Positions 51,835-61,264 of a stretch of 64,000 nucleotides of DNA are shown one piece after another. This DNA is from an uncultured Solirubrobacterales bacterium (GTDB lineage Bacteria > Actinomycetota > Thermoleophilia > Solirubrobacterales > Solirubrobacteraceae), in contig CAWCDS010000001.1 of NCBI GenBank assembly GCA_963794285.1, positions 235,088 through 299,087 on the forward strand, given 5' to 3'. Within the stretch, counting starts at the first letter, position 1. Each line of letters begins with the position of its first letter. The notes under the pieces were generated by a model. The model saw only the letters and a program-made list of their open reading frames with translations, was not told where the DNA came from and did not search any database. Both the position numbers and the translations under genes were made by a program.

Positions 51835-52536
51835 CTAGAAGCGGTGGTGACTGAGTAGGCCCGGGACGATCTGCTTCTCGCGTTGCAGCGACAGCGGCCA
51901 CGCGCAGAGAATGAGCAGGTTTCCTGGCTTGCCGTGCTTGCCCTGGCTGAGCACGTACAGGAAGTAGTCGGTCTGGTACTTAGGGTTGTTGTCGGCGTCC
52001 TTCTCATTGTTCGGTTCCAAGAACGCACGGCTGCCGTTGCCGAGCGACGGGATGTGCTTCTTCGTAAATGGGGGCCCTGACTGGTTCCCGATACTGCCGT
52101 TGACGCTCTCGTTGTTGTAGAGCCGATTGAACTGCCGCGTGGTGACGGCCGTCCCGGCGTACCACTCGAACGCGGGGGGCTGGCAACCGGCGCAGTATCC
52201 GTAGGCCGTCACGTTGCCGGTGTTGTCGGCGTTCCCCCAAAACATGAAACACTGTCGGAGCGTGATGCCGACCAAGGCTCCCCGCTTGTCGTAGTGCGGA
52301 TCGGCCTCCGTGGCCGGGTCCACCACGGGCGCGATGCCGGTGTCGACGGTGACGTCGTGGGTCAGCAGGCTCGGCGCGATCAGTGCCTTACAGCTGATCG
52401 CCTTCGGCTTCGCCTTGTGCGTGCTTGTGTGAGCGGGCGTCCCGGCCGTCGCACCCGAGGTTAGGCCGGCCGCCAGAGCAGCCGTGATCGCCAGTGCTGC
52501 CACCAGGACAGCTGTCGTCGTGCGCGTGCGCTTCAT
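51835..52536 (-). CDS. secreted hypothetical protein
   Basis: Signal peptide, several Cys, IPSLGNGSRAF (DUF3558-like pattern). Confidence 0.75.
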   Translation of the reverse strand: MKRTRTTTAVLVAALAITAALAAGLTSGATAGTPAHTSTHKAKPKAISCKALIAPSLLTHDVTVDTGIAPVVDPATEADPHYDKRGALVGITLRQCFMFWGNADNTGNVTAYGYCAGCQPPAFEWYAGTAVTTRQFNRLYNNESVNGSIGNQSGPPFTKKHIPSLGNGSRAFLEPNNEKDADNNPKYQTDYFLYVLSQGKHGKPGNLLILCAWPLSLQREKQIVPGLLSHHRF

Positions 52537-52995
52537 GGCCCCGGTGCCCCCAATGTCTCGTCGGATCGGGGGCCGCGTGGCGTGGGGTAGCCGGCAATGT
52601 CAAAGCTGCGAGCGCCTGTTGCGGCCCGACTGGGCCCCCGGCAGGTCACGGCGATTGGGAATTGAACTGAGCCATTCATGCGCCATCGCGGGCCTGCCGC
52701 GCCGGGGCAACCGAACCTCGCCCCGCCGGCTGACGATCTATGTTGGGGCACGATCGGCGGCGTCTCCCGCGCGCCGGGACGACGAGCTCTTGGCCGCGAC
52801 CGGGATCGAGCGCCCGAGGTCGATGGAGTTGCTGGTCGCAGCGCAATGCGTCGCGGCCTCGGCATGACCCGTGTAGGCGTGATCCAGCAGTGCGCCGTGT
52901 CTGGCGCCGGCGCGGGCGATCGTGGCCGCCCGGCCCGGCACGAGCATCGCGAGTGCGACCCCGTCTTGCCTTTCTCGGCGTACAGTCAGCAGGCC

Positions 52996-53086
52996 TGTCG
53001 CAGAAGCCGATCGCTGAGCGAGGCGGTCCGGCGGTCTACGATCGGCCTCGAGTTCGAGCCCGCCAGCGTCTCAATTACCGAACGAC
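52996..53086 (+). repeat. boundary motif pair (period 71)
   Basis: TGTCGCAGAA-GCCGATCGCTGAGCGAGGC and CGTCTCAATTACCGAACG at 53067. Confidence 0.75.
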
Positions 53087-53130
53087 GGTCTCCCGCCGAT
53101 GCGCCCGATGACAGACTGTCGAGTCTCAGG

Positions 53131-53625
53131 ATGTCCGGGCCAGTTGACGATCCCCAGGATCGACGCACGGCGCGCGGCGGCGGGTGGGTCGCGGGTCAGG
53201 TCGCCCTCATCGCGGCGATTATTCTCTCCGCTGTGCTCGGTCCGGGCGTGCCCGATGGCCTCGCTGTCCTCGCCTACGCAGGTGGCGGCGCCCTGACCAC
53301 GCTTGGCGTGCTCCTGCTCATATCTGGGGGAGCGGGGCTTGGTTCGTCGCTTACGCCATTCCCGGCGCCGCGGCCGGAGGGCCAGCTGGTGACCGCTGGC
53401 ATCTACCGTCGGGTACGGCACCCGATGTACGGCGGTGGGATCCTCGTCGCGCTCGGCTGGTCGATTCTGACCGGCAGCGCGGCCGGGCTCATCCTGACCG
53501 TCGTCCTCGTGCTCTATTTCGAGCTCAAATCACGGCGAGAGGAGCGCTGGCTGCTCGATCGCTACGCCGGGTACGCCGAGTATCGCCGCCACACTCCGCG
53601 CAAGTTCGTGCCCTTCGTGTACTGA
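53131..53625 (+). CDS. isoprenylcysteine carboxylmethyltransferase/PEMT family protein
   Basis: LTPFPAP...LVTAGIYRRVRHPMYGG...EERWL..RYAGYAEY..TP.KFVPFVY. Confidence 0.93.
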   Translation: MSGPVDDPQDRRTARGGGWVAGQVALIAAIILSAVLGPGVPDGLAVLAYAGGGALTTLGVLLLISGGAGLGSSLTPFPAPRPEGQLVTAGIYRRVRHPMYGGGILVALGWSILTGSAAGLILTVVLVLYFELKSRREERWLLDRYAGYAEYRRHTPRKFVPFVY

Positions 53626-53894
53626 AGAGTTGGCAGCGGCCGCCACATGCGGTAGCGCGCCGGCCAGTCCCGCGTTCGCCAGCGCAGGCTGACGGTCGCT
53701 CGCGCCCGGGACAGCCCGGGCCGCACGTCGGGTGAGGAAAGGCCGCACGCGAGTCCGGGGCGCAGCCGCCGCGCGGCGCGGACCCGCATTTGTGCTCCGA
53801 CGAGCATCACCCATTCGCTGGCGTTTGCGCCGGTTCGCGCGAAAGTCGGGACCCACGGTCCCGCCGACGCCAGCCGGGCGGATACCGCTGCCAG

Positions 53895-53991
53895 CGTCCG
53901 AAAGGATCGATGAGCGGACGGTCCGGAGCGTCCCCTGAGGCCGTTCCTCGATAGCGTCGCCGCGTCGCACAACGGGAAGGCTGACCGAACG
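53895..53991 (+). repeat. boundary motif pair (period 68)
   Basis: CGTCCGAAA-GGATCGATGAGCGGACG and CGTCGCACAA-CGGGAAGGCTGACCGAACG. Confidence 0.9.
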
Positions 53992-54172
53992 CGCACGTGA
54001 CAGTTCGCATCGCGCTCCTTCCTAGCCCGATCCGGTAACGAGGCAGCACCCGGGGGTCCTCGGCGGGACCAGACGCGGCCGACGGAGCCGAGCTGCGCCC
54101 GCCGGCGCATCCGACCAGTACCACAACCGCCGCTGCGGGACCGCGATCACCGGAGCGGGGGCGACCGGCCGG

Positions 54173-55375
54173 CTACGGGCTCCAGTTGGCATCGATAGTG
54201 TGCTGGGAGCCGAGCAGGCGGCGGACGAGCCCGGTCAGCTCGATCGTGGGGTGAGCCCCTGCGGTGTCGATCGCGGCCAGGTTGCCCTCGGTGTTGGTGT
54301 ACAACAGCCAGCTGCCGTGCCACTGCAGGCTGGCGCCTCGCTCGCAGGGCGCGAACGCGACCCGCTCGACGTGTAACGCCGTCGCTGCGCGCGCGCCCGC
54401 GTGGAGCAGATACGCGATCTCGGTGCCGTGCGCGCGCCGAGTGGCGCTGGGGTTGTCAGTCCGGCCGAACGCGACGGTGAACGCGACCGCGCTCGCACTC
54501 GGGGCGATCGCCAGCGAGCTGGACGGGGCATCTGGCTGACGACCGTCGCGCGGGAGTGGGCCCGACGCGAACACGGAGCCGCCGGGTTGGAGCACCACAA
54601 GGCGGCGATCGTCCATCAGCTCGACGAGGCGGCCCATCGGCTGCAGCCATGTGTTGGTCGTGAACCCGAGGCTTCTCAGCGACGCGAGCCGCCACGCACG
54701 CGCCCCGCGCGCGCCCACCAGCACGCCGCGGGTGACGAAAAAGAGGCTGCCGCTCCCGAGGTCGTACTCATATTGCAGCGGGCGCCGGGCGATCGTCTCA
54801 AGGATCGCGCCAGTGTCGCTGCGTAGAAGCAACTCCCGACGCGTGTATGAGTAGGTGAACAGCCCGCCGGCACTCCACCCGAGCGGGACCTCGCGTCGTG
54901 CGACGGGCCGGTCAGTGCCGCCATAGGCGGCGATGAACAGCACGTGGTCGTGCTGGAACGCCACGGCGTGCGGGCCGGCCGCGATCACGCCGAGCTGACC
55001 AGCCGGGATTTCGCGCCGCGAGCGCCACAGCGTCGTACTTCCGCGACCGACCACCAGCTGCCCGTGCCGGACGACATACCACGTGTCGGTGCCCGGGAAC
55101 CATGCCGCATCACGGGGATACCGGCTCACAGCATTGGCGATGCGCGTCGCGCGGCCGTCGCGCGCGATGCGATAGCTCACAGCGCCGGTTGTGATCGTGA
55201 TCGGCGTGGGCAAGCGCGCCGCGAGACACGTCCCGTGGCCCGTACACGTGCCAACTGCGTCCCCGCCCATGAGCTCGAGGCCAAGGGCAGCGACCCCGAC
55301 GACCAGGGTCGCCAGCGACAATGGTTTTCGCGCGCGCACGTCAGTCCTACGACGCGCGACCCTCCGGAGGTCCAC
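54173..55375 (-). CDS. secreted beta-propeller-like hypothetical protein
   Basis: N-terminal hydrophobic segment; repeated beta-strand/Trp motifs (PLGWS, LQWHGSWLLY). Confidence 0.7.
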   Translation of the reverse strand: MDLRRVARRRTDVRARKPLSLATLVVGVAALGLELMGGDAVGTCTGHGTCLAARLPTPITITTGAVSYRIARDGRATRIANAVSRYPRDAAWFPGTDTWYVVRHGQLVVGRGSTTLWRSRREIPAGQLGVIAAGPHAVAFQHDHVLFIAAYGGTDRPVARREVPLGWSAGGLFTYSYTRRELLLRSDTGAILETIARRPLQYEYDLGSGSLFFVTRGVLVGARGARAWRLASLRSLGFTTNTWLQPMGRLVELMDDRRLVVLQPGGSVFASGPLPRDGRQPDAPSSSLAIAPSASAVAFTVAFGRTDNPSATRRAHGTEIAYLLHAGARAATALHVERVAFAPCERGASLQWHGSWLLYTNTEGNLAAIDTAGAHPTIELTGLVRRLLGSQHTIDANWSP

Positions 55376-55481
55376 CCCCGACGACGGCGCAGCCCGGTCA
55401 TGAACCGCGACGTGTTGGTTTCAGATCACACAGCGAAACGGATTCCATACCCCTTGTCGCCTTCGAGCTCGACCGAGGTGC

Positions 55482-55582
55482 CGTCTCAGATCCGAACGCT
55501 CACCGCACGTGCAGACACCCAGGCTATCGGTGTGTCGTCCGCTCGAAGTCCGTCGGTTTCACGATGGGCAGCTAACCTAACA
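55482..55582 (+). repeat. boundary motif pair (period 73)
   Basis: CGTCTCAGAT-CCGAACGCTCACCGCACG and GGTTTCACGA-TGGGCAGCTAACCTAACA. Confidence 0.75.
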
Positions 55583-55686
55583 CACTGACGCCTGGTGCGC
55601 GGTTCGCGAGGCAGGCTCGGCGACGGACCGAAGTTCGGAGCCGGGAACCAGAGGGTCGCCGTGATCGTGGGGATCGGGTTTGGACA

Positions 55687-57099
55687 TCACCGAGGGGGGA
55701 TCGGGTCAGCTGCCCCTGGCGGTACTTGGTATCCGCCCGTCAGTTCACCGAGCAGGCCGGCCACGGCGATCGTGGTTCGGTCTGTGTACTCGCGGCCGAT
55801 CACCTGGCATCCGACCGGGAGCGCCGTGGGGCCGAGGCCGGTCGGGACGGTGGTCGCGGGAAGGTAGGCGATGTTCGCAAGCGCCGTCCACGGCAACAGG
55901 TCTATCCACGGCCGCGGCCTTCCGTTGACGGTGATCGTCATATCGAGTTCGTTGCCGGTGTGGTCGTGAGGCATCGCCTGGACGGGACTGTTAGCAGTGA
56001 CCAGTACGTCGTAATGTTCGAAGAACTCGTCCATCTGCTGGCGCAGACGCTCTCGGCGACCATGGGCAGCCAACCAGTCGCGGTGCGACTGCGTCACGGC
56101 GCGGGCGTACCGAGCGAGGATTGCGGACCCTGCTGGATCGGCGGCCGTGACCTCGCTCAACGCCGCGTAGCTTGTTTCTGGGACACCGCGGGCGAGCGCC
56201 CCGGCGAGTAGCCGCAGCCCCACGTCGTAGAGCTCCTGCATGCCGATCGGCAGGATCGGATCGGTGACGACGGTGGCGCCTGCCCGCTCTGCCAGACCGA
56301 GCATCGCTTCGATCTGGCTGCGGACAGCGCTGTCCACGGGGCAGGCCGGATCGTCGACCCACGCCGCGATCCGACACTCGTTCAAATCACCGACACGAGC
56401 CTCCGGAAGGTCGAGCCGGATCGCCGCTGCCGCGACCGCGCCTGGCGGCGGCGGGATGTGCCCGAGCATCGGGACCAGACCGAAAGTGGGCTTGTGGCCG
56501 TAGATGCCGCACCAGTCGGCCGGGTGACGGATCGATCCCCCGATGTCGCTCCCGAGCTCGAGCGCGGAGAGCCCGGCCGCGATCGCCGCGGCCGCACCGC
56601 CTGAGGAGCCACCCGGGGTGCGTGATAAGTCCCAGGGGTTGTTGGTCGTTCCAAATAGGTCGTTGACTGTCTGCGCGCCGTCGGCATAGCGAGGGAGGTT
56701 GGTCTTCCCGAGCAGCACCGCCCCCGCCGATCGAAGCCGGGCCACCGCGACCGCGTCCGAGTGCGGCACGTGATCGGCGAGCTCGACGGCGCCGGAGGTC
56801 GTGCGCATACCGGCCGTCTCGAACGCGTCCTTGATCGTGACCGGCAGACCCTCGAGCACGCCGCGAGGCTCACCTCGCGCCCGACGCTCATCGCTCGCAT
56901 CGGCCTCGGCCCGAGCCCGCGCTGCGTCAAGCGTGACCACCGCGTTGAGGCCCTCGTTGAGCCGATCAATCCGGGCCAGGTAACCATCGACAAGCTCTCT
57001 CGTCGACACCTGTCCGTCGTCCAAGACCGCCAACAAATCGCGAGCCGGCGCCAGCAACAAGTCATCACCAAAGACGCGATAGCCAGCGGCCTCCTCCAC
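55687..57099 (-). CDS. amidase-signature family amidase (possible internal deletion)
   Basis: GLPVTIKD, GKTN, TPGGSSGGAAAA, GSDIGGSIR.PA..CG. Confidence 0.9.
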   Translation of the reverse strand: MEEAAGYRVFGDDLLLAPARDLLAVLDDGQVSTRELVDGYLARIDRLNEGLNAVVTLDAARARAEADASDERRARGEPRGVLEGLPVTIKDAFETAGMRTTSGAVELADHVPHSDAVAVARLRSAGAVLLGKTNLPRYADGAQTVNDLFGTTNNPWDLSRTPGGSSGGAAAAIAAGLSALELGSDIGGSIRHPADWCGIYGHKPTFGLVPMLGHIPPPPGAVAAAAIRLDLPEARVGDLNECRIAAWVDDPACPVDSAVRSQIEAMLGLAERAGATVVTDPILPIGMQELYDVGLRLLAGALARGVPETSYAALSEVTAADPAGSAILARYARAVTQSHRDWLAAHGRRERLRQQMDEFFEHYDVLVTANSPVQAMPHDHTGNELDMTITVNGRPRPWIDLLPWTALANIAYLPATTVPTGLGPTALPVGCQVIGREYTDRTTIAVAGLLGELTGGYQVPPGAADPIPPR

Positions 57100-57124
57100 G
57101 ATCGTCAGCCTACCGTCGCCGGAT

Positions 57125-57235
57125 CGTCGCAGGAAGCCAATAGCTGACCGTACGTCGTCGAGCCTTGCGGGACCTCTGAGGCGGCACGCAGAGCGTACCC
57201 TCCGACGTCGCACAGACCAAGACGCTCTGCGAACG
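57125..57235 (+). repeat. boundary motif pair (period 81)
   Basis: CGTCGCAGGA-AGCCAATAGCTGACCGTACG and CGTCGCACAG-ACCAAGACGCTCTGCGAACG. Confidence 0.8.
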
Positions 57236-57312
57236 CTCCGAATAGCGGTCCTGCAAGGGCGCCGCGGACGGTGGCAAGGGGTGCGTACGGCTTGCGATTA
57301 CTCTCTCGTTGG

Positions 57313-57678
57313 ATGAAGATCGCCTATGTGTTCTCCACTTCCGGCCACACGGTCAGCTACAAGCTTGGGAGGATGATCCTTCCGCAGCTGGAGCAGGGGA
57401 CGCACGGGGTCGAGGTCGTTGGAATGTTCTTCTTCGACGACAACACCTACGTGTTGCGAGCGGGCGATCCCGTCGGCGAGCGGCTTGGTCGTGTGGCCGC
57501 CGAGCGTGGAATGTTGCTGATGCTCTGTGATCAGTGCGCGTTGGAGCGCGGCTTGGCCGAGGGGGAGGTCGGCGCGGCGTTGCCGGTGGGAACGGTCGCG
57601 GGCGTGCGGGTCGGTTGCTTTCCTGACCTGTACGCGGCGCTGGCGGGTGACGCGCCGGACCATGTCATCACGTTGTGA
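57313..57678 (+). CDS. DsrE-related (SaoD-like) sulfur-relay protein
   Basis: MKIAYVF..YKLGRMILPQLEQGTHGVEVVGMFFFDDN...CDQCA...VGCFPDLY. Confidence 0.85.
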   Translation: MKIAYVFSTSGHTVSYKLGRMILPQLEQGTHGVEVVGMFFFDDNTYVLRAGDPVGERLGRVAAERGMLLMLCDQCALERGLAEGEVGAALPVGTVAGVRVGCFPDLYAALAGDAPDHVITL

Positions 57679-59074
57679 GAGGACCGAACTGGCCCTCGGT
57701 GGGCTCCGCTCAGCAGAACCACGGCTCGGTTAGCCGTGGCCTCCCCTCGGTCGATCCGATCGGGATGGCCTGCGGCTCTGGGTCGCACGGCTTGCCGTTG
57801 GCTTCGCGCACGGCCGCGCGGATCCGAGCGAACGTCAGGCCTGTCGCCTCGTGCGCGGCGGCGCTCTGCTGGACCAGCGCGCTGAGGCGGCCTTGCAGCC
57901 GGTCGGCTGCAGGGTTCGCTGAGCGCCACGGGTAGCTGAGGCGCTCGGCGTCGTATGGGCCGAGGTGTTCGCGTAGGTCCTCGCTCTCGAGCAGCAGCGA
58001 GCCCTCGGGTACGAGCAGCCGGATCGTGTACTGCACCGGGTCGACGTTAGCCACGAGATCGTGCGCGGCGACGAACTCGACGATCTCCAGCACGTCCTGC
58101 GGGGTCGTCCACGGGGTGAAGGGCATAAACGAGGGCCGGGTCTCGATTCCGTGCTCGCGCAGCAGGTCGAGGGCTTGCACCGCCTCGGCGGTGGTGTGGC
58201 CCTTCTCGAGGCGGACGAGGATCTCGTCGTTGACGCTCTCCAGCGCGCAGACGACGAACAGACAGCCCAAGGCTGCCATCTCTTCCCACAGCCGGGCGTG
58301 CTCGAGCACGTGCTCGACTTTCGTCGTGCAGTCGAAGGTCAGCTCCGGGTGGCGCTCGTGCAGCGCGCGCACGATCGCCAGAGAGTGGCGCCAGCCGTTG
58401 AGGAAGTCGGGGTCGCCGAACGTGATGTGGCGTGCGCCCATGATGGCCAGGCGCTCGACGTCGCGCCGGACGGTCTCGGCCTGCACGACGCGGATGCGCC
58501 CATCGTAGACGGCGGGGACAGGGCAATGCCGGCAGCGATGCACGCACCCGTGGCTTGCTTCCACGTACCCGACCAGCCGCTCCTCGCCGCCAAGCGCCAG
58601 GCGGGCGTAGCGCTCGAGTCCGGGCAGCAGCTCGCGCGCCGGCGGGTCGAAGGTGCCGCGCTGCAGGTGGATGATCGGCCGTTCCGCGGGCGGGGCGGGC
58701 ACGCGCGGGGTCGCGAGATCATCGACCCAGGCCGTGAGCGCCGGTTCGTACTCGCCGGCGATCGCGCGCGCGGCGAACTCATGCTCTACCAGCTCGCGGC
58801 TGACTGTGGCATAGAGCCCGTAGAAGCAGATCGGCAGCCCGGGGCGCTCGCGGCGTACTCGCCGGCCGGCGCTGAGCGCCAGGCGCATTGCGGTGTGCAT
58901 CGGCACCGAGAAGCCGGCCGCCTGTGTCCACTCCAGGGCGCCTGAATCCCACGGCTGTACGCTGAGATCCAGGCAGCGGACCTCGTGCCCGGCGCGGCGT
59001 AGCGCGGCTGCCGGAGAGGCGACGTGCAACGGCTGGTGGCCCAGCTCGTAGGTCGAGATCAAAAGGACACGCAC
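57668..59074 (-). CDS. CUAEP-tail radical SAM selenoprotein (B12-binding-like N-terminus); UGA at 57710-57712 read as Sec
   Basis: EASHGCVHRCRHC CxxxCxxC; C-terminus PWFC-TGA-AEPTEGQFGPLTT-stop. Confidence 0.88.
57679..57697 (-). promoter_or_regulatory. putative SECIS hairpin
   Basis: GAGGGCC-AGUUC-GGUCCUC stem-loop beginning 12 nt after the UGA. Confidence 0.55.
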
Positions 59075-59086
59075 CGCTGACCCACG

Positions 59087-60334
59087 CTAGCGCGCGCGGA
59101 CCGCCTCGGGCGCGTGCGGCTCGATCCGGATCCGCAGCAGGCCGTGCGCGACGCGCAGGCAGCGCTCGACCGCGTCCGGGCTCGCCGCGCGAGCGAACAT
59201 GAACCCGAGGTAGCGGTCGCCCTCAGGAAGCGGGACCACAGGTCGGCCGCGGGCGATCGTGATCTCCAGCCCTCCGATGCCCTCCACCGCGCGTGCCTGC
59301 TGCTGACCCTCGACCGCGCGCAGCACCCCGGCGCCGGGGATCGGAATCATCATCACGCCAGATGCGGTTGACTCCCGCTCGAGGTCCTCAAGCCCTAGGC
59401 CCAGGGCGTGGCGCAGGATCACCTGCTCGAGGCTGACGCCAGCGCCGAAGCGCAGGGCTCGCGAGCACAGGCCGCCGATCGATCGGGCCGCTAGCTCGAG
59501 GACGCTCACCCGTTCGCCGTCGACGCGCAGTTCGGCGTGGATCGGTCCCTCCCGCAGCCCAAGCGCACGCGCCGCCCGGGCAGTGACCGCCTCGACCTCG
59601 GCCAGGAGGGTCATTGGCAGCCGCGACGGTGTCACGTACAGCGTCTCCTCAAAATACGGCCCCTCGAGCGGGTCGGGCTTGTCGAAAACCGCCAGCACTT
59701 CCAAACGGCCCCCGCGCAGCAGCCCCTCGAGCGCCACCTCCGCTCCGGGCAGGTAGCTCTCGACAAGCAACGGAGCCTCGGGCGGCTCCTGAGCCGAGGC
59801 CAGAATGTCCCGGACCCGCTCGACGGTCAAGCGGGCCTGCTCGGCGTCATTGGCCCGGATCACCCCTCGACTGCCCGACAAGCCCACGGGCTTGACGACG
59901 CAGGGAAGGCCCACCTCGCGCACCACAGCCGCGACGTCGGCTCCGGAGGGCAGCTGGGCGAAACGCGGCTGGGGAACGCCGGCCTGCGCGAGCGCTCGGC
60001 GCATCGCCGCCTTATCACGCGTGCGGGCGACGGCGTCCGGGGGATTGTGTGCAAGTCCGAGGCGCTCGGCGCCCAGAGCGGCGGCCATCACGCCCTGATC
60101 GTCGACGCCCACGATCGCGGCGAACGGGGTCTGCCGGGCGCGCTCGGCGATCTGCTCGGCCGCCAGTGCCGGGTCCGACAGCCGCAGGGTCAGCGCGCGC
60201 TCGCCCATCACCGCCGACATCGCCGCCCGGCGCTCGGACGCTACCGTGACCGCGACGCCGAGCTCCCGCGCCGCCGCCAAGAAGTCCGGCGCCCGATAGG
60301 TGGCCGACGGCAGGATCAAGAGAAGGCGCTCCAC
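59087..60334 (-). CDS. ATP-grasp domain protein
   Basis: RDKAAMR, PCVVKPVGLSGSRGV, LLVESYLPGAEVALEG, GPIHAELR, ELAARSIGG. Confidence 0.93.
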   Translation of the reverse strand: MERLLLILPSATYRAPDFLAAARELGVAVTVASERRAAMSAVMGERALTLRLSDPALAAEQIAERARQTPFAAIVGVDDQGVMAAALGAERLGLAHNPPDAVARTRDKAAMRRALAQAGVPQPRFAQLPSGADVAAVVREVGLPCVVKPVGLSGSRGVIRANDAEQARLTVERVRDILASAQEPPEAPLLVESYLPGAEVALEGLLRGGRLEVLAVFDKPDPLEGPYFEETLYVTPSRLPMTLLAEVEAVTARAARALGLREGPIHAELRVDGERVSVLELAARSIGGLCSRALRFGAGVSLEQVILRHALGLGLEDLERESTASGVMMIPIPGAGVLRAVEGQQQARAVEGIGGLEITIARGRPVVPLPEGDRYLGFMFARAASPDAVERCLRVAHGLLRIRIEPHAPEAVRAR

Positions 60335-60351
60335 GGCGCTATCGTAGATCG
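60335..60351. promoter_or_regulatory. bidirectional leaderless promoter (overlapping -10 boxes)
   Basis: TATCGT (+, 60340-45) and TACGAT (-, 60346-41), each 6 nt before a GTG start. Confidence 0.6.
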
Positions 60352-61041
60352 GTGGCCGACCCAGCCCCCGCACTCCTCGCGATCACGGCATCGGCCCTCG
60401 AGCGGGTGCGCGAGTTCCAGACCGGCGCACCCGAACCGAGCGATCGCGCGCTATCCGTGCGCGTCACCGGTGAGGCCGACGGCAAGTACGTCTGCGCGCT
60501 GTCGCTCGAGCCGCTCGCGAAGGTCCGCGCCAGCGACACCGTGCAGCACGAGGGGGATCTCGCCATCGTGATCGCCAACGACAGCGTCGCGAAGCTGCGC
60601 GGGGCCACAGTCGACTGGAGCGAGGACCGGCTGCACAGCGGCTTCGTGGTCATCAACCCCAACAAGCCGCCGTCCCCGCCCCTCGCGCTCCCGACCCTCC
60701 CGATGAGCCCAGGAGCCGGTCCCGCCGCCCGCCCCCCGCAGACGGTGCCCGGGGCCGGTCTCGACAGCGACGTCGCCCGTCGCGTCACGGCCGTGCTCGA
60801 CCGCGATGTCAACCCGAGCATCGCCAGCCACGGCGGACACGCCGAGCTCGCGGGGATCGAAGGCGCCACCGCCTACCTGCGCCTGGGTGGCGGATGCCAG
60901 GGCTGCGGCATGGCCACAGTCACCCTCAGCCAGGGCATCGAAGTGGCGATCACCCAGGCCGTCTCCGAAATCGCCCGCGTTGTCGACGTCACCGACCACG
61001 CCTCCGGCACCAACCCGTACTTCGAACAGGCCAAGAAGTAA
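60352..61041 (+). CDS. nfuA: NfuA/NifU-type Fe-S cluster carrier
   Basis: Degenerate A-type domain (KLRGATVDW..GFVVINPN) plus VNPSIASHGG...GGGCQGCGMA...VVDVTDHASGTNPYF. Confidence 0.92.
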   Translation: MADPAPALLAITASALERVREFQTGAPEPSDRALSVRVTGEADGKYVCALSLEPLAKVRASDTVQHEGDLAIVIANDSVAKLRGATVDWSEDRLHSGFVVINPNKPPSPPLALPTLPMSPGAGPAARPPQTVPGAGLDSDVARRVTAVLDRDVNPSIASHGGHAELAGIEGATAYLRLGGGCQGCGMATVTLSQGIEVAITQAVSEIARVVDVTDHASGTNPYFEQAKK

Positions 61042-61264
61042 CCGACCCGCCTCGGTGTTTATGAGCTTCCCCGTCGGTCTGCTCTCGGCGGCCGGCCTCA
61101 CCCGCCGGGAATCCCGACACAAATCGTTCGTCATAAACCTGATCGGAGCAATCGTCGTCGCGTTCAACCTCATCGTGCAGCACGGCAAGCGCCCGGCATC
61201 GCTAGCACTCAGCGCACTACGAACACGACGCGTGACCGGGCCTTGAGCGCGCGGCGCCGGAGAG

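Noticed and set aside
14937-57235. CRISPR interpretation of the ~29-bp repeat / ~42-bp spacer units
   Set aside because: Repeats are too degenerate, there are only 2-3 per locus, spacers recur as homologous families, and no cas genes are present.
57710-57712. TGA as the true stop of the radical SAM gene
   Set aside because: It is followed in frame by the family-typical AEP tail and a SECIS-like hairpin.
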